Assembly (NCBI GenBank): GCA_028712595.1
Contig: JAQTPS010000002.1
Coordinates: 1 to 63,201 of the forward strand
Source: Minisyncoccota bacterium
Lineage (GTDB): Bacteria > Patescibacteriota > Minisyncoccia > Phycocordibacterales > UBA1550
Direction: 5' to 3'
DNA: 63,201 nucleotides
Shown here in pieces: positions 48,186 through 55,679 of the stretch (position 1 is its first letter; each line of letters begins with the position of its first letter). Below the pieces are notes generated by a model. It did no database searches. It had not been told where the DNA came from and was given only the letters and a program-made list of their open reading frames with translations. The translations under genes and the position numbers were made by a program.

Positions 48186-49172
48186 ATGGAAAGCACTACG
48201 GTGGAACTTAAAAAAAGGGGTTCGTTTTGGATCAAAGTCGTCGCCCTTGGATGTGTATTTTTTCTTTTGTGTTATCTCCTCTGGCCAAACGGCGCTCCAT
48301 ACCAAAAGTACGAACAGTATTTTAGCGCCGAGAACGCCACACCCAAACAAATTGCTGACGAGCTTTATACGAAGGGCTATTTGAAAAATCGACTTTCATA
48401 TTTTACTTTGCTTATACAAAATGAAATTTTAAAAGGAATAAAAACAGGTGGATATTTTTTGTCAGCAAGTATGAACGTCGCAAGCATTTATGACTCCCTC
48501 TCACATCCGGAATACAAATCCATAACAATCGCGGAAGGTCTTCGCAAAGAAGAAATTGCGCAAATATATCAAAAAAATCTCAACTGGACAGACGCTGAAA
48601 CAGAAACGTTCGCAGAATCTCGGGCGTGCTATGCTGATGACTCCGAAGGGTATCTTTTCCCATCAACATACTATGTTGCTATTGATTCAAAACCAGAAGA
48701 AGTAAAGGAGCAAATGAAAAAACGTTTTGAGGAAACAGTTGGGTCGCCTATCGGGAGCAAAGACCAAGGCATTTTAAATCTTGACACCACGATTACCATT
48801 GCTTCTATCATCCAGCGAGAATCGGGGGGCAAAAAAGATATGAACCTCATTTCAGGAATCATCTGGAATCGCATTTTTGACAATATGGCTCTCGATATCG
48901 ATGCGACACTTCAATATGCTAAAGGCAATGATGGAAAATGGTGGCCAAAAGTTAAGCCTGAAGACAAATACATCAACTCTCCTTACAACACATATCAAAA
49001 TAAAGGTCTTCCACCGGGCGCAATCTCAAATCCAGGACTTGCGGCAATAGACGCGGCTCGCAATCCAGAAGACACCGATTGCTTATTTTATTTGCATGAC
49101 AAAAACAGAAAGATTCACTGCTCAAAGACATACGAGCAACACCTAGCGAAAATAAAGATTTATCTTAAATAG
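48186..49172 (+). CDS. mltG: endolytic murein transglycosylase MltG (YceG-like), paralog 2
   Basis: SIIQRESGG...DIDATLQYA...YNTYQNKGLPPGAISNPG. Confidence 0.82.
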   Translation: MESTTVELKKRGSFWIKVVALGCVFFLLCYLLWPNGAPYQKYEQYFSAENATPKQIADELYTKGYLKNRLSYFTLLIQNEILKGIKTGGYFLSASMNVASIYDSLSHPEYKSITIAEGLRKEEIAQIYQKNLNWTDAETETFAESRACYADDSEGYLFPSTYYVAIDSKPEEVKEQMKKRFEETVGSPIGSKDQGILNLDTTITIASIIQRESGGKKDMNLISGIIWNRIFDNMALDIDATLQYAKGNDGKWWPKVKPEDKYINSPYNTYQNKGLPPGAISNPGLAAIDAARNPEDTDCLFYLHDKNRKIHCSKTYEQHLAKIKIYLK

Positions 49173-49195
49173 TCCAGCTAGTTGGTGGGTCCAAC

Positions 49196-49242
49196 AAAAC
49201 AAGGACTGTCCTTTCTAAATTCTTAAGGACAGACCTTGTTTT
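49196..49242. terminator. bidirectional hairpin between convergent genes
   Basis: 18-bp stem with one mismatch: aaaacaaggactgtcctt / aaggacagaccttgtttt. Confidence 0.55.
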
Positions 49243-50402
49243 TAGCGTTGTTTTTTAAAAGTTTTAGCAATTGCTTTTACCACCCCCTTATCAAAAGGTT
49301 TAGGCAGAATACAATCTACTGTCGGCTTTTTTACGCACGAAGCCAGGGCTTCGGCAGATTTTACGAACATTTTTTGTTCAAATTGCGGTATTTTGCTATC
49401 TAATATTCCACGGAAAATGCCGGGGAAACCGAGAACATTATTCAGTTGGTTGGGAAAATCTGAACGACCGGTTGCAACAATAAAAGCCCCAGCGCTTTTG
49501 GCTTCATCCGGCATAATCTCCGGAGTTGGATTAGCCAAGGCAAAAATTATCGGCTTTTCATTCATAGTCCTTACCATATCTTTAGAAAGTAAGCCGGCCT
49601 TGCTTACTCCAATAAAAATATCTCGTCCTTTTATGGCGTGAGCTAAATCACCAGAAATTTTTTCATAGTCGCCAGTTTTTTCTTTGATGAATTGAAGTAG
49701 CTTTTTCTTTTCATTATTCAAATCCGAACGATTTTCTGACACAATTCCCCTACTATCAACTACAATTATTTTTTTGAAACCGTACAGGGCAAGCATCTTT
49801 GCGATAGCTGTTCCCGCTGCTCCGACTCCATTTATTAAAATTTTAACGTCACCCTTGCCGATCTTTCTTAATTTCAAAGAATTTATCAAACCAGCCAAAA
49901 CCACCGTCGCAGTCCCGTGTTGGTCATCATGCATTACAGGAATATCCAATTCTTTTCTTAACCTCTCTTCTATTTCAAAACAACGTGGAGCAGAGATGTC
50001 TTCCAAATTAATACCACCAAAAACCGGAGCGATTTGTTTGACTGCCTTAATTATTTCTTCCGTATCTTGCGTGTCTAAACAAATTGGAAAAGCGTCCACG
50101 CCAGAAAATTCTTTGAACAAGAGCGCCTTGCCTTCCATCACCGGTATCGCCCCCAAAGCTCCTAAATTACCCAAGCCCAATACAGCCGAACCGTCAGAGA
50201 CAACGGCAACCATATTTTTCTTAACGGTGTAGTCGTAAACCTTCTTGTGGTCTTTGGCAATTTCAAGACAGACCCCTGCCACACCCGGGGTATAAGCCAA
50301 AGAAAGATCCTCCTTGTTTTTTACTGCGACCTTGCTTTTTATCTCAATTTTACCCGAATGCTTTTTATGCAAAGCCAGCGACTTAGTATATATATTTTTC
50401 AT
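49242..50402 (-). CDS. NAD(P)-dependent malic enzyme (short, single-module form)
   Basis: LSLAYTPGVAGVCLEI...VAVVSDGSAVLGLGNLGALGAIPVMEGKALLFKEF. Confidence 0.9.
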   Translation of the reverse strand: MKNIYTKSLALHKKHSGKIEIKSKVAVKNKEDLSLAYTPGVAGVCLEIAKDHKKVYDYTVKKNMVAVVSDGSAVLGLGNLGALGAIPVMEGKALLFKEFSGVDAFPICLDTQDTEEIIKAVKQIAPVFGGINLEDISAPRCFEIEERLRKELDIPVMHDDQHGTATVVLAGLINSLKLRKIGKGDVKILINGVGAAGTAIAKMLALYGFKKIIVVDSRGIVSENRSDLNNEKKKLLQFIKEKTGDYEKISGDLAHAIKGRDIFIGVSKAGLLSKDMVRTMNEKPIIFALANPTPEIMPDEAKSAGAFIVATGRSDFPNQLNNVLGFPGIFRGILDSKIPQFEQKMFVKSAEALASCVKKPTVDCILPKPFDKGVVKAIAKTFKKQR

Positions 50403-50419
50403 GTGGCAAAATTATACCA

Positions 50420-51607
50420 CTATTTTTTCTTATTTTTTCTCCAAATAACCAAAAATGAAGCGAGAAGAATAGCTATCATTATCCACGCGCCAGTATTCCA
50501 AGTTATTACACCATTTCCGAAAAAAGCAGAAGCAGCTTGGTTTGAATTGTCTACTGCATTATTGTTTGCCGTAACTCCCGTCGAAGATGCTTGGTTCCCC
50601 TCTCCGTTTTGATTGCCTGTTGGTTCTCCGACACGGAAAGTGTTTGCGCCCGGCACGGCTACTTCTCCTTGAGCCACTGGATTATTTTGTTCCTCGGTTG
50701 GTGTAGCGAGAGCAAGCGTTGGATTGGTTTCAATTGTACCGTCTTTTCTCAACATAAAAGTATGCTCGTAGCTCACCGTTGGCGGAGATGCTCGCGATAT
50801 GACTCTATAAGAATATATTTGCTCCGGCACGAGTCCGAGAAGTGTAACGGTATGGTATGTCACTTTTGTTAAATCTTGAGCCGTCCCCTGTGGATACCCA
50901 AAATTGTCTAGCGTGAGATTTAATACGTACGGGCCACCTGAAGCCAAGCCGTAAACAACCTGACTTGTCGAAAGCAAGTTTGTATTCCAAGTTACAACCG
51001 CGCTATTCGTCTGTGGTGGCAAAGTGCTGTTTATGGACTCGTCACTTATAACAAGATATTTTGGGCCGATAATTATTGGTCCACCGCCAGCGCCTCCACC
51101 CACAGGATTTTGTTTGCCGACGGACACAGTTGTATCATCAACCACTACATCGAGGTCCTCAAAACCTATTTGAAGGTTAAAACCCATCGTGCTGTTTTGA
51201 TATTCATCGCCTGCCGTAGTTTTGAAAGTAGCGGTAAAGTCAAACTGCACCGATGAATTTGCCGGCACTTGCGGTAAGACTATTTCCGGTTTGCTAAACA
51301 AATCAGAGAAAGTATCGTCGTATAAAATCGTACTGTCTTGCTTTATTACAAGTCCTACGACACTTTTCAAATCCCCTGTGTTGCTTACATTAATAGTGCG
51401 CAAAATGGCGCGATGCGGAACTCCAGTCGTGTTGTTTAGTTTTACCCACTTGGTAACAGAATCACCCGGAACAAAATTCACACTGTTAAAAAGCGGACTT
51501 TGCTCAAATTGAACGGTCGACGCCTGTGCATTTGCCGGGCTGAAAGAACTCGCAAAAACCGTTGCTAGCAATGTTAGATATATTAAATTTTTAGTGATTT
51601 TATTCAT
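50420..51607 (-). CDS. exported protein: AxA signal peptide, TasA/camelysin-like N-domain, Gly linker, Fn3-like domain, C-terminal TM anchor + KKK
   Basis: SPANAQAS cleavage-like site, FVPGDSVTKWVKLNNTTG, VVTWNTNLLSTSQVVYG, and C-terminal WIMIAILLASFLVIWRKNKKK. Confidence 0.55.
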   Translation of the reverse strand: MNKITKNLIYLTLLATVFASSFSPANAQASTVQFEQSPLFNSVNFVPGDSVTKWVKLNNTTGVPHRAILRTINVSNTGDLKSVVGLVIKQDSTILYDDTFSDLFSKPEIVLPQVPANSSVQFDFTATFKTTAGDEYQNSTMGFNLQIGFEDLDVVVDDTTVSVGKQNPVGGGAGGGPIIIGPKYLVISDESINSTLPPQTNSAVVTWNTNLLSTSQVVYGLASGGPYVLNLTLDNFGYPQGTAQDLTKVTYHTVTLLGLVPEQIYSYRVISRASPPTVSYEHTFMLRKDGTIETNPTLALATPTEEQNNPVAQGEVAVPGANTFRVGEPTGNQNGEGNQASSTGVTANNNAVDNSNQAASAFFGNGVITWNTGAWIMIAILLASFLVIWRKNKKK

Positions 51608-51613
51608 GGTGAT

Positions 51614-53035
51614 TTATGGGGTTACGGGTGCTTCCGCTACGGCAGGCGTTTCTACCACAACCGCTGGCTCTGGTTCCGGAACGACTACCGGCTCAACCAC
51701 GGAAACAGGCTCTACGACAGGAGAATCGGGCTCTGCGATAGTCTCCTCTGTGGCTGTTGGTTCAACAATTGGAGCTACTGGTTCTGTTTCTGGAATCGCC
51801 TCGTCTTCTTGCGACGAAGAAGGGTCAACTGTCGGTGGTGTAGCCTCCGGAGGAGCCGAGATGCTTTCATCTGCATCAATCTGTTCAGGTATTGCGGGAG
51901 GAAGTGTGTCGTCGGGCACAACCTCATCAGTTGGTGGGTTTTGAACATCTGGAGGCGCGATCACTTCCGCCCCACCGCCACCCGTCGTCGCATCAGGCAA
52001 AGCATTCACCACTACTTCTTCTACTTTGTTTGACGTTCCAGGTGTTGGTATTGGATCAACCCAAGCTCCCACGCCATCAGGAATTCTAGCGTAAGAAAAT
52101 CCTTCTGGTTTTTCTGTGGTCCAAGAGTAGGAATCAACCAAAACTCCACCAAGACTAATTCTATTCGTAAACAATCTAATGCTATCCGCATCATTATTTA
52201 GAATAAAGTCACCATCGCCATTGCGGTAAACCACAAGGAATCCATGAGAAGCTATTGTGGTGCCACTGCCAGTGTGCGCATTATCCACCGGCACTTCTCC
52301 AACATCAGTAGAATCATAAATATACCAACCGTTCAGATCGAAGCTGACGTTGCTGTTGTTGTAAAGTTCCACCCATTCACCTCCCGGCATTGGCGCATCG
52401 TCTAGTCCAGTCGGATTTGGTAATACTTCGTTTAGTACCACCGCTTTGCCGATTCGAATAGAGCCCAGTTTTTCCTTTACGCTCGAAAAACCGGTGGACG
52501 AATTTGGTAAATCACCTTGCCAAGCTGTATAAGTCCATTTGAAGAAACAGGTTTTCCCCCACACGCTGGGCGGAGTGCTTGGGGCAACCGTAAAACCGAA
52601 ATTCCAAGCAGTGTTTGTTGTTGAGGTCGCGGTGGAAGTAAAATCTTTTATGAGTCCCGTGTAAGTGCTCGTCGGGCTGGTTGCAGTCATTGTGACATAG
52701 TCGCAAGCTGACACGTTGGCGCCAGAAAGTGTGGTTTTCGCAATATATTGAGAACCTAAACTGCCGGTATTTGAAATATTTATTGAAGTAGAAGTGCTGT
52801 CCGTCGGATACAACAAATCCGAATTAAAGGCGGTTGTAGAATCCATACCCAGAGTCAGAGTTCCCGCGGTTAAAGTATTTCCAACGGAGGACTCTGTATC
52901 ACTATAATATGCGACAGTTTCATTGACATTCAGAACGCCAGAGAAAATTGAGACGACAACCAAAACTGCTAACAATTTAGAAAATTGTTTTTTACTCCAA
53001 AAAAGATATTTACTGTTGTTCTGTAACATTTTCAT
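51614..53035 (-). CDS. exported protein: SipW-type signal, TasA-like N-domain, lamin-tail (LTD) domain, Pro/Glu/Val-rich tail
   Basis: VAYYSDTESSVGNTLTAGTL, VVLNEVLPNPTGLDDAPMPGGEWVELYN (LTD), and C-terminal PVVEPVSVVEPVVVPEPEPAVV. Confidence 0.6.
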   Translation of the reverse strand: MKMLQNNSKYLFWSKKQFSKLLAVLVVVSIFSGVLNVNETVAYYSDTESSVGNTLTAGTLTLGMDSTTAFNSDLLYPTDSTSTSINISNTGSLGSQYIAKTTLSGANVSACDYVTMTATSPTSTYTGLIKDFTSTATSTTNTAWNFGFTVAPSTPPSVWGKTCFFKWTYTAWQGDLPNSSTGFSSVKEKLGSIRIGKAVVLNEVLPNPTGLDDAPMPGGEWVELYNNSNVSFDLNGWYIYDSTDVGEVPVDNAHTGSGTTIASHGFLVVYRNGDGDFILNNDADSIRLFTNRISLGGVLVDSYSWTTEKPEGFSYARIPDGVGAWVDPIPTPGTSNKVEEVVVNALPDATTGGGGAEVIAPPDVQNPPTDEVVPDDTLPPAIPEQIDADESISAPPEATPPTVDPSSSQEDEAIPETEPVAPIVEPTATEETIAEPDSPVVEPVSVVEPVVVPEPEPAVVVETPAVAEAPVTP

Positions 53036-53573
53036 CTTTTTTTAATGCAACCTTTCCTTCCCTCATTTTTTTAATTTCCTTGATGATTTTTTGTATTTCA
53101 TCATAAACGATGATGACTGCCGGAATAACTATCACGAGCATCAAACCAACCGGCTTCTTCAAAAAATCCACAATGTACCCGAGAAATGGTATTGAAAAAT
53201 AAACCTTGCCCAAAACTTCTTTTTGCGAAACTTCCTTGCTGTCTTCGGAATTGTTGGCGTCGCCTCTTGTTTTGTAAACAATCTCGCCACTTACCGCTTT
53301 CATTTCTGCGATACGATGAGTGGTTGGAATTTCGGTTTTTGTATTTTTTCCGAAAGTTATAACATCCCCAATCTTATAATCAGAAATTGGTTTAATTATC
53401 ACCACACTTCCGGTATGAATGGTTGGCTCCATAGATCCGGACAGCACCGAAAGCACCTTGATATTGCCCGTAATTGGAAAAACAGAAACTATAAGCAAAG
53501 ACGCAAAAAATAATATTGCGATGAGTGCTATGTAGTAAATTGTTTTGAAGGTTTTTTGCATAGGGTACGTCAA
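53010..53573 (-). CDS. sipW: signal peptidase I, SipW/archaeal-ER type (S26B)
   Basis: LSGSMEPTIHTGSVVII...THRI...TRGDANN, plus a C-terminal TM segment. Confidence 0.8.
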   Translation of the reverse strand: MTYPMQKTFKTIYYIALIAILFFASLLIVSVFPITGNIKVLSVLSGSMEPTIHTGSVVIIKPISDYKIGDVITFGKNTKTEIPTTHRIAEMKAVSGEIVYKTRGDANNSEDSKEVSQKEVLGKVYFSIPFLGYIVDFLKKPVGLMLVIVIPAVIIVYDEIQKIIKEIKKMREGKVALKKDENVTEQQ

Positions 53574-53639
53574 AACTTAACTCAAAACCCCCATACTCAA
53601 TCCCTCTTGTTAGAGAGATTGAGAAGCGAGATTCGAAGT

Positions 53640-54317
53640 TTATTCTGTCACTCCACCACTGCCACCAACCTGTTCAAGAGAGGTGAGAACATCAAAACCT
53701 AGGGTATCTGTCTGTATGATATTTTGATTATATGCTGGATAAGTCCATGCTGTTGGAAGTTGCCACATAACAACTAGATCAACAGATTGATCAGCTGTCA
53801 TTGTCATTATATCGTTCCATCCTGTTAGCATATTGCTCACACTAGTGTAGTGAAAGTCACCACCCCAGAATCCTGGATAAATTGCTTTTTGTCCGCCATA
53901 GGCAAGCTGATAATCTCCGGCGTCAAAAACTCCATTTCTGTTCACATCGAGATAAGCGGCAATCACAAATGATAAATCCAAATCACCTCCGTTGTCATAG
54001 TCGCCAGCTTTTATTTCTGGATCAGTCAGAGGACCACCTTCAGATTGAACCATATTTGCGATTTTTACATCCAAATCACCATTCAAACTGCCTGTAGCGT
54101 TTGTCAGAGTAACTTTGCCTGTGCCAGATTGACCAGGATAAAGATTTGCAACGCTAAATGGAATTGGATTGCCAGCACCAAGCACTAAGTCCAATTTCCC
54201 AGCACTAAAGGTATTTCCTGTTGATGTCTCCGTATCCGAGAAGTAAGCGCGAGTTGCGCCGACTGCTCCGATGGCGACGGCTGCGATAACACTCAAGCTT
54301 AAGATAATTCTTTTCAT
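53640..54317 (-). CDS. TasA/CalY (camelysin, peptidase M73-like) family exported protein
   Basis: ATRAYFSDTETSTGNTFSAGKLDL SipW-type N-terminus, and LYPGQSG...VTLTNATGSL. Confidence 0.7.
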   Translation of the reverse strand: MKRIILSLSVIAAVAIGAVGATRAYFSDTETSTGNTFSAGKLDLVLGAGNPIPFSVANLYPGQSGTGKVTLTNATGSLNGDLDVKIANMVQSEGGPLTDPEIKAGDYDNGGDLDLSFVIAAYLDVNRNGVFDAGDYQLAYGGQKAIYPGFWGGDFHYTSVSNMLTGWNDIMTMTADQSVDLVVMWQLPTAWTYPAYNQNIIQTDTLGFDVLTSLEQVGGSGGVTE

Positions 54318-54334
54318 AGTTTATTTCTTAATTA

Positions 54335-54838
54335 TTATTGTTGAACAGCATCAAAGGTAACACCCAAGTTGCCACTCAATCCCTGATAGCCGTTTCCAGC
54401 ACCTGCAGGGAAAGTAATGTCTACTTCACCTGCGTCACTAGCGTCAGTACCACCAACTGCTGACAAAGCTTCGGTAGTAGTGGCTACACCATCAACTCTA
54501 ACCGCACTGACAACTGGCGCATTTGGATTTTGTAACCCGGAAGTAGCTAGATCTTCATCAACTGACATAATAGCCCCACTAAGTGCTGTTGAAACAGTGT
54601 AATTAAGTGGCAAAGATCCTACATTGTTAACATTAAGAGTTAACGTTTTTACATCGCCCGGTTTCATATTTGTAACATCGGTTGTATAAGTAGCTGTACC
54701 AAGTGTTATATCCAAAGTTCCAGCTGTAAACGTATTTCCTGTGGATGTCTCTGTATCCGAGAAGTAAGCGCGAGTTGCGCCGACTGCTCCGATGGCGACG
54801 GCTGCGATAACACTCAAACTCAAAAGAATTCTTTTCAT
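54335..54838 (-). CDS. TasA/CalY-like exported protein, short paralog
   Basis: The first 38 residues match the neighbouring paralog except at positions 4-5 (II vs IL). MKPGDVKTLTLNVNNVGSLPL. Confidence 0.65.
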   Translation of the reverse strand: MKRILLSLSVIAAVAIGAVGATRAYFSDTETSTGNTFTAGTLDITLGTATYTTDVTNMKPGDVKTLTLNVNNVGSLPLNYTVSTALSGAIMSVDEDLATSGLQNPNAPVVSAVRVDGVATTTEALSAVGGTDASDAGEVDITFPAGAGNGYQGLSGNLGVTFDAVQQ

Positions 54839-54906
54839 ATTTTTACTTTATTTCTAAACTAATTAATTTCTAATAATATTCACCTGATAAAACTTTTCTA
54901 CTTTAC

Positions 54907-54943
54907 AAAAAGCAAGCGATTGGTTCCCAATCGCTTGCTTTTT
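54907..54943. terminator. strong bidirectional terminator hairpin
   Basis: 17-bp stem aaaaagcaagcgattgg / ccaatcgcttgcttttt with a 3-nt loop. Confidence 0.6.
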
Positions 54944-55314
54944 TAATGAACTATCTTCATAAAACTTCGCTCTCGCAAGTTAGTTTTATCTGCATATAAA
55001 TATATACCATACCTGTAGGGTGTCAATCGAAAATAGCGTTTGTTCTCTTTATTTTTTGCTGGTTTTGTCGCTCCCCTCGCACGAGGACTTTACAATAGTT
55101 GTGGACTGTGTTTCGGTACCAAACTAGCCCCTTATTTTGATGCGTTTTCTATCGGACATTCAGATGTCCGATAGAAAGTCAATCTGGGAAGGACGGTCCT
55201 TCCCAGATTTCGGGAGAGAGAATCTCCTTCGAGTAAATTCCTCGACGCAAAGCAAGCAATTGCTTTGCTACTATCTTGTGTGGTCACAAGTTACTAAATT
55301 TTGCCGTCAAAGAA

Positions 55315-55461
55315 GCCGGGAGAGAGAATCTCCCGCGACTCAAAGTTCGTCGTCACTCACTTTGGTCTGGGCACTGCCTCGTCTGTTTCGCAAGCTTGCG
55401 AAACATGACTGCGGCATTCGATTCTCTACGCAAGACGCACCAGCGTCTTGCTCTCCCGGCA
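55315..55461 (-). repeat. tRNA-linked structured module, Leu copy
   Basis: See findings. Antisense copy 55417-55461 (split by a hairpin), core 55366-55416, sense copy 55315-55330. An extra sense copy lies at 55211-55224. Confidence 0.58.
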
Positions 55462-55476
55462 CAAAAACGCGAACCC

Positions 55477-55504
55477 AAAAAGAGTGGACTGCTCCACTCT
55501 TTTT
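55477..55504 (-). terminator. hairpin terminator right after tRNA-Leu
   Basis: agagtgga/tccactct stem extended by an A5/T5 tract. Confidence 0.55.
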
Positions 55505-55512
55505 CGTTTTTG

Positions 55513-55594
55513 TGCCGGGAGAGAGAATCGAACTCTCATGGATTACTCCGCACGATTTTGAGTCGTGTGCGTCTACCAATTCCGCCATCCCGGC
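55513..55594 (-). tRNA. tRNA-Leu (anticodon CAA), long variable arm, no encoded CCA
   Basis: GCCGGGA/TCCCGGC acceptor, CACGA-CTCAAAA-TCGTG anticodon arm, 13-nt variable arm, GAGAG-TTCGATT-CTCTC T-arm. Confidence 0.93.
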
Positions 55595-55667
55595 AATCAA
55601 TCAATAGTATCAGAAAAGCGACGAAAATCAATCGCGTTTGTGAATAGATTATGAAAAGGCTCTAGTG

Positions 55668-55673
55668 TATAAT
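55668..55673 (+). promoter_or_regulatory. -10 box TATAAT, 6 nt before ATG 55680
   Basis: Read directly (agtgTATAATatatgtATG). Confidence 0.4.
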
Positions 55674-55679
55674 ATATGT

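Noticed and set aside
48108-48350. A minus-strand 80-aa ORF overlapping the start of mltG paralog 2.
   Set aside because: It overlaps the promoter and the well-supported N-terminus of the plus-strand YceG-like gene, and no independent signals support it.
51594-51944. A plus-strand 116-aa Gly/Ser/Thr-rich ORF.
   Set aside because: It is the antisense shadow of the Pro/Glu/Val-rich tail of the LTD protein, a compositional artefact.
55137-55647. ORFs 55137..55607, 55276..55647 (+) and 55340..55600 (-).
   Set aside because: They span tRNA-Leu and the hairpin/repeat tract. The frames are kept open only by the palindromic, locally GC-richer sequence, and no protein-like features are present.
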